A stretch of 41,866 nucleotides of DNA, from NCBI GenBank assembly GCA_048213135.1, contig PS015373.1, forward strand, positions 15,645 through 57,510. Reading direction: 5' to 3'. Under the pieces are notes generated by a model, which worked only from the letters and a program-made list of their open reading frames with translations, ran no database searches and had not been told where the DNA came from. Positions within the stretch are counted from its first letter, which is position 1, and each line of letters begins with the position of its first letter. Origin of the DNA: Reclinomonas americana ATCC 50394. Lineage: Eukaryota. Positions 35,317 to 41,866 of the stretch are shown in pieces. The translations under genes and the position numbers were made by a program.

Positions 35317-38300
35317 GGCCAAGCTGCGATGGAGCGCTCGTGTGGAATGTCGAGTCGGAGCGCATTTGATTGTGGTTGCGTTGCTGTCCATTCTTCCGCA
35401 CTATGTCTCTCACACACATTCACTCACTCACTCATCACTGTCACCACCAGCGCGATGCGGATGGCTGTTCAGTGTCGTACACCACAGACGAGAATGCCTC
35501 GTCGGAGGTGCTGATGCGCCTGTCGATTCCGTACGCACTGACTTCGTCGTTTCGTTCTCCTCGCTCTCCCGCCCCACCGTCCTCTTGCCTCGCGCTGACT
35601 GGGTGCTGCAGTGGCTACGTGGACATTCTGTTGGAGGCGAGCTTTGTGGGCTTGAGCACGCCGACGCAGATGAGCGATGGGGATTTGGAGCAGTGTGTGC
35701 TGACGGTGGAGTCGTGCAAGTTGACGCCGGAGCCGGTGCCGGAGCAGCCCATCTCCAAGGGCATGTTGAATCCGCCGACGCCGGTGTCGGTGGACGTGGC
35801 GCCGGCGTTCCCCGGTGCTGGCATGTCGCTCATGTCGCCGTCGGTGGCGGGCAGTTTGCTGCAGACGCTGCATGGGGCGGCCGACACGCTGCTGCGCAAA
35901 ATGTCCGCCGGCAACACCATCATTCAGTCGCATCAGTTCAGTCGCTCGCTCTACGGTGTGATGCGCGAGGAGACGGCGGCACTGTACCAGGCGCTCCGCA
36001 CGCAAGTGCACGAGTTCCACGGTTACTACGCCGACATGCTGGCACTCGGCGTGCGCGGGTGGCAGGAGCGTGTGGAGCTGCAGCAACGTGGGCTGGCCGA
36101 TTTGCAGGCTCGCCTCGGTGGGCGCGCCGGTGAGTGTTGTGAGGATTGTTTCCTATTGTTCTCGTCGCCNNNNNNNNNNNNNNNNNNNNCGTGTATACGT
36201 GCAGCTCCTCACCTCCAGTGCGGCTCCGTTCGCGCAGCTGACTGCCGCAGCACGAGTGCTGTTGGACCAATGCCGCGCCGGTGGTAGCATCCGCCAGGTG
36301 GTCGAGTTGCGCATGCAGCAGATTTCCGACTTGCGAGCGAGCCTTGTCGAGGCGGAGAACAGGCTCAAGTCGGTTGCCGATTGTTGCGTCTCGCTCAATG
36401 ACGTGCCACGCGCTCCATTTTTCTCACAGTCAATTTTCACGCACGCGCAGTGCGCCAACAAAAGTCGCATCTGCAGACCGAATTGAGCAAGAAGCGTCGT
36501 GCCGTGGTGCAGTCGGCGCAGGAGGCGCTGCGACAGAAGTTTGTGCTGAAGAAGGTTCGTTGCATTGGCGCACGCAGGCTGCCACATGCAGTCTTTGTGG
36601 TGACCACTGTGACCGCAGATGGAGCTGTACAGCGAAAAGGAGAGTGTGTATGCGGAGGCGCAGAGGCAGCTAAAGGACATGTTGGATGCGGCCGAGCGCG
36701 ACAAGAACGACCTGGCCGACTTCCTCATCGCCAACGCCGCCTTGATACAGCAGTTCCCTGATGTGGCGGCTGTGGCGTCGTCAGAGCCGTCGGCCTATCG
36801 TATGGTGCTGAACGGGCTGGAGGTGGTGCGCACGTTTAGCGACTACGAGGTGGAACGCAAACTCGGCAACTCCACGTTCCTCGCGCGGTACGTGTGACGT
36901 CTGTTGGCACTTGTTGTGCTTGGCGGTTGCTCATTTTCCCCGCCCCCTGCATTCCACAGTCACAAGGGACAGCAGTGCGTGCTGAAGCGGTACGCCGTGG
37001 ATGAGACCACTGCTGTTGTGGATGGCCTGTGGTGCGTACTCTTTCGGACAACATGATGCACTTCGAATTGAGCGGATGTGCTCACATATGCGTGCTGTGA
37101 AACAGGGCACTGCATCGCCTGCATCACCCCGCCGTCACACCGTTGCAAGCCTACTTTTTCGACTTTACCGTCTTGTACGCGCAAATGCCGTACTATTCAG
37201 TTTCGTCCGCCGCTGTGCGGTAATTTTCAGAGATACACGCCCTCACTCTCTCTTTGACTCCAGGGACCGACGTTGGAGGAGTGGTTGATGGTGAACAAGC
37301 CACACAACCTCGACGTGCGCTTCATCTTTGGCCGCATTGTGCACGGCCTGCTGTACATGCACCAGCACAATGTGGTGCACACGGCGCTCAGTCTGCGCAA
37401 TGTCGTGGTGCACGACAAGCGGCCTGTGATTGTCGGCTTTGATCATGCACAGGAACCCGGATTGACCAACCCGGCTCTGCTGCAGCGCAAGGAGGGTGCG
37501 TGCTTGCAATGGTGCCGCACGCCCCTTGCACACGATCTGACTCTTTTTGGTTTCGTAGACGAGTTCCTGGCGCCTGAGCTGCGCGGCACTCGCGACCCGA
37601 CCTCAGAGGTGACGCCGGCCGCTGATGTCTACAGTTTGGGTGTGATGCTGTGCAAGGCACTGGTCGGCAACAAGCTGCGCGTCGAAGTCGATGCCCATGG
37701 CCAGGTTTGAAAGATGTGATTGTTGGCTTACGTGTGTGCGCGCTCACCAGGGATGGCGATGGTACGTGCAGGTCGGTGGCTTTGACCAGACGCTTGTTGG
37801 CCGCGAGGCATACGAGCTGGTCATGAGCATGCTTCGCGTGGATCCGTCGCAACGGCCCGACATGTTCACCATTTGTGCGCACCCCTTCTTTGCCGACAAG
37901 ACGGCTGAGCACTTGAGGCGAGAGGGTGCGCATAATGTGTAACGGTGTGGGGTACCTTGATTGCTTTTTACTTAATCATCTGTGCACCGCGCGCGCAGGT
38001 CGCATGGTGTCCAGCGACGCCAAGATCAGCGCCTTCCGCGAGGCCATTGGCGTCATTCGCAATCGCGACGATTTCTTGCAGGGCCGGTGCGTGTGTCTTT
38101 ACCATGGATGTCACACTCGTTGCTACCTGGAAGCTCACCTTCTCCTATTCGTATCCGCGCAGCAAGCCCGTCAGCATTCGTCGTGACGCACTGCTCGAGG
38201 ATGTGTTTACGGCATTTGCGACACTAGATGGTTCGTGCATCGTTGTGAGAGCGCTTCACGAAGGACGACCGATTCTTACGCGCCTGCACACACAGAGACG

Positions 38301-39467
38301 GATTACAAGAAGAGCCTGTTTATCACATTCGTCGGCGAGGACGGCAAGGACCAGGGCGGTCTCCTCACCAATCTGTACAATGATGTTGCGGCACTCTTTG
38401 TCCGAGCATTCATGTCTTTGTTGCGCTTCTCATTCATCGACTCGTATCGCTCGCAGTTCTTTGCGCAAGTGATTGCCCAACCGGACCTGTTTGTGTCGGC
38501 AAGTGGCGCGGCGTTCAGCATGCCTGTGGAGGGCCCGTACGATCCCACTCAAACGGCGCGCTTCCGCTCTCTGGGGTGCATTCTGGCCAAGTGCATCATG
38601 GACGCTCGTATGATTCCGGGCGTCTCGTTTGCGCCGGCTCTGTTCAAGTTCCTCACCGGTGCCCCCGTATCACTGCGCGACTTGGAGGTGTTCGATCCGG
38701 TGTTGGCACGTTCACTGCAATCACTGCTGGCCACACCGCACGTGGAGGAGCTGTACACGACGTGGGACACGGCCGGTGGTGACCCCGAACGCATCGTCAG
38801 CGATGCCGACAAGCACGAGTACATTCGCTGCCGCACCACGTACTACCTGTACACGTGTCGACAGGAGGCGCTGGAGCACATTCGCGATGGTACGTCATTT
38901 GTTTATCCCCCTTTTTCCCCCCAACTCTAATTCCGTTCATGCTGAATATGTGTGTGTATCACGCGCGGCACTGTAGGTTTCTTCTGGTGTGCGGGCGTGC
39001 TGGGCATTGAGAGCAGCCTGCGCATGTTGACGTATGAGGAGATTTCGGCGCTGCTGCTCGGCCACACGTCCGTCTCGGCCGCCGCTCTCATGGCGTTCAT
39101 CAACTGGGGCGACCTGCCGGCGGAGATGCAGCAGAACGTGACGCGCCTGTTTAACGAGTGGGAGGCGCAGCAGCCGGATTACATTTGCAAGTTTGTGGAG
39201 TACGTCACGGGCCTGCCGAGTTGCGTCGACACACTGGAGAGGAGAGGGTGGTGGATGGCAGCACTCATGTTCGTACGCACAGCTCTTCCTTCCGGCGCCC
39301 TCTACAATCCCAACTCGTCGGTGTTGTCGGCCGTCAAAATCACCACGGTGCTGCGACTGGACGCACCAGGCGGCGAGACGTACATTCCACAGGCGCACCT
39401 GTGCTCCTACCAGATCAGCCTGTACCCATACTCCACCTACGAGCAACTGCGCGACCGCATGGAGGCT
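34863..39467 (+). CDS. Pseudokinase-HECT E3 ubiquitin ligase fusion protein; last residues in gap
   Basis: N-terminal domain and coiled coil, then kinase fold (DYEVERKLG, CVLKRY, LHRLHHP, YMHQHNVVHTALSLRNVV, IVGFDHA, FLAPE, ADVYSLG, DPSQRP..HPFF), then HECT (IRRDALLED, FVGEDGKDQGGL, DLEVFDP, FVEYVTG, PQAHLC with Cys at 39402-39404, PYSTYEQLRDRM). Confidence 0.88.
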
Positions 39468-39585
39468 NNNNNNNNNNNNNNNNNNNNNNNNNNNNNNNNN
39501 NNNNNNNNNNNNNNNNNNNNNNNNNNNNNNNNNNNNNNNNNNNNNNNNNNNNNNNNNNNNNNNNNNNNNNNNNNNNNNNNNNNNN

Positions 39586-40080
39586 AAAGGGAGGCAGTGA
39601 ATCCCTAAGAAAATGCATGCATCTCTCTGGTGTATGAGTGTGTGTGTGTGTGTCAGTAACGAACCGAGACTGGAGCCACTCATATAGTGCATCAAGCCAA
39701 CACCAATGAGGTTCTTCCAGTGACCCGTGGCAAGCTCCCACGCACGCTGAGCACACACACACACGTGTAAGCACAAGCCAACACACACACACACACACAC
39801 ACAACACACACACCGCTTCCTGCACTTCCGCAGCCTTATCCGACTTGGGCGCGACAACAGCCGACGAGCCTCCTGCTGAGGCAGACGACAGCGAGGAGGA
39901 AGCAGCGCCTGCGCTCTCGCCTGCGCCAGTGAGTGATGCTGCGGTGAGCGGCATGTCGCCGCCCTCTGGCAGCATGGGCGGCGCCGGCAATCGCTGCGGC
40001 TGCTCACTGCTGCCACTGCCGCCGTCCTCGTGCGACAGAGCGCGCACGCTGAGCCACTTTACTTGTCTCTGAATGCGCAT
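39586..40080 (-). CDS. EMC4: ER membrane protein complex subunit 4 (5' part; rest in gap)
   Basis: Spliced RAWELATGHWKNLIGVGLMHYMSGSSL-GI resembles the EMC4/TMEM85 motif aWexAxxPxkxxxmxxfmmyMsGnslxI; start codon uncertain. Confidence 0.75.
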
Positions 40081-40426
40081 GAGTGTGTGTGTGTGAGAGA
40101 GACGAAATCGTCGCAAATTGGTCAATCACTTCTCTTGCGCTTCCGCAGCGGCGGGGGTGTTGTTTCTCTTAGTCCGTTCTTGATGAGAAGAATGGTGACG
40201 CCGCGTCGGTGGTGACTCGAGCACACGCTGCTCTGCTGAGGATTGCTCAGTCACTTTGAGTCGGGCATCTCTTCACTCCACCTCTGTGAGGTGCGTTGAC
40301 GCAGTAGCCCACGGTGTCTGCAGCTGTGTCTCACGCCTCGCATTCACCTCTGCAGCTGGCCATGGGCAACAAGCCAGCGCGAATTTTTGGTTGAAGGCGT
40401 GGTGCTCTCAGTTTCCTTGCCTCACT

Positions 40427-40476
40427 ATGAGCGCAGCATCTGCTTCGGCGTCATGCACGAACCAGTCGCGCGTCCA

Positions 40477-40507
<31 letters not shown>

Positions 40508-41196
40508 GGCACTGCGAAGGATGATTCTCACTCATCAACAACCACGACAGTCACCTCTTTCCCCGAGAGTGCCACTGCGCCGAAGGAGACTGCATTGCTC
40601 AGTCCATCAGCGGCAGCTGGCAGCCGTGCGACCTCCCGCAGACGACGTGCAACGCCCCACTTTCGTGTGCCTCACGGATCTGGGGTCGATGATGACGAGG
40701 TGATGTGTCGCCTGCAACACTGGCTCGAGACAGACGGCCGGGCCACCGAGCAACAGGCGGATCACACTTTTGTTGTGCGGCGGACCACGATTGGTGCGTT
40801 TATGTGTTGTGTGATGATCGTCGTGTTGTGGCAGACACTTTTTGTTTACACAAGTGGCTCTCTCTTTCTCTCTCGCTGCACAGGCAAGCCACCGCCGTTG
40901 AAGAAATGGCGACAAAAGTGGCCAGAGGCTGTCGCGCAGACTGGCGGCCGTGCAGTGGATCCACGCGAGTTGTTGCGAGGCAGCCGGTGTGCGGAGATGG
41001 ATGGGCAGATTTTGGTCGCACTTGCCAAGGAGTACGTCACCGGCGTGATCAAGCCAGAACAGTTTTCAGCCGCCCTCTGTCACCTGCAACGGTCACTGGC
41101 CAAGTGCGTGGTCGACGGCACTGCGGTGTCTGTGGAGACTGTGCCTCTTCTGCGTGTGCTACCGAGGAAGAGACGTGACCCGTATCGAGAACGAGC
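40427..41196 (+). CDS. Hypothetical Arg/Ser-rich protein, copy 1 (3' end in gap)
   Basis: MSAASASASCTNQSRVQRRRRRRRRRSG...RLQHWLETDG...RRTTI, an intron at about 40794-40883, then GKPPPLKKWRQKWPE... Confidence 0.55.
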
Positions 41197-41428
41197 NNNN
41201 NNNNNNNNNNNNNNNNGCTTGGTTGGAAACTGCAATTTCTATCGATATTCTGCATGTTTTGCACTGCATGCAGCAACAGTGATCTTACATGCTCACTCAT
41301 CTTTGACTGCCATGCAGGTCCAGCGTTGGCGGTGGTGGTGCGCTCTTGAAACGAAGTACAAGACCACATTTGCTCTCCGAAATTTTGACTGTAGGCGGGC
41401 GTGGTGCTCCCGGCTTCCTTGCCTCATG

Positions 41429-41866
41429 ATGAGCGCAGCATCTGCTTCGGCGTCATGCACGAACCAGTCGCGCGTCCAGCGACGACGACGACGACGACAA
41501 CGCAGCGGCACTGCGAAGGATGATTCTCACTCAGCAACAACCACGACAGTCACATCTCTTTCCGAGAGTGCCACTGCGCCGAAGGAGTCTGCATTGCTCA
41601 GTTCATCAGCGGCAGCTGGCAGCCGTGCGACATCTCGCAGACGGCGTGCGAAACCCCACTTTCGTGTGCCTCATGGATCTGGGGTCGACCATGACGAAGT
41701 GATGCGTCGCCTGCAGCACTGGCTCGAGACAGACGGCAGGGCCACCGAGCAACAGGCGGATCACACTTTTGTTGTGCGGCGGACCATGATTGGTGCGTTT
41801 GTGTGATGTGTGAAGATCATCGTGGTGTGGCAGTCACTTTTGGTTTACACAAGTCGCCTCCCTCTC
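41429..41866 (+). CDS. Hypothetical Arg/Ser-rich protein, copy 2 (runs off window)
   Basis: Paralogous first exon with the frame preserved and the same G|GTGCGT donor. Confidence 0.5.

Larger units (their letters stand above)
40397..41866 (+). repeat. Tandem duplication, two highly similar copies about 1,002 bp apart
   Basis: About 40397-40870 matches about 41399-41866, including ATG context, first exon and following intron, with scattered substitutions. Confidence 0.92.

Overview
Compact, GC-rich, intron-dense eukaryotic (protist-like) DNA with several assembly gaps. The main feature is one + strand gene model (4221 to at least 20440; at least 33 exons; about 3,800 aa by my hand-splicing) that encodes a Fanzor2/IS607-TnpB-type RNA-guided nuclease. 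Its WED/REC-like half (about 7620-8910) is separated from a RuvC plus zinc-finger half with all three acidic residues present (19110-20190) by about 2,300 aa of in-frame spliced sequence, and it has an N-terminal extension of about 830 aa. A frameshifted RLE-type (R2-like) non-LTR retrotransposon fragment lies just upstream. The right half holds host genes: a coiled-coil protein, a large unknown helical protein, an RCC1-repeat protein, a Sas10/Utp3-neuroguidin hybrid, a pseudokinase-HECT E3 ligase, EMC4 and a tandemly duplicated unknown gene. All gene models were spliced by eye and no database search was run.
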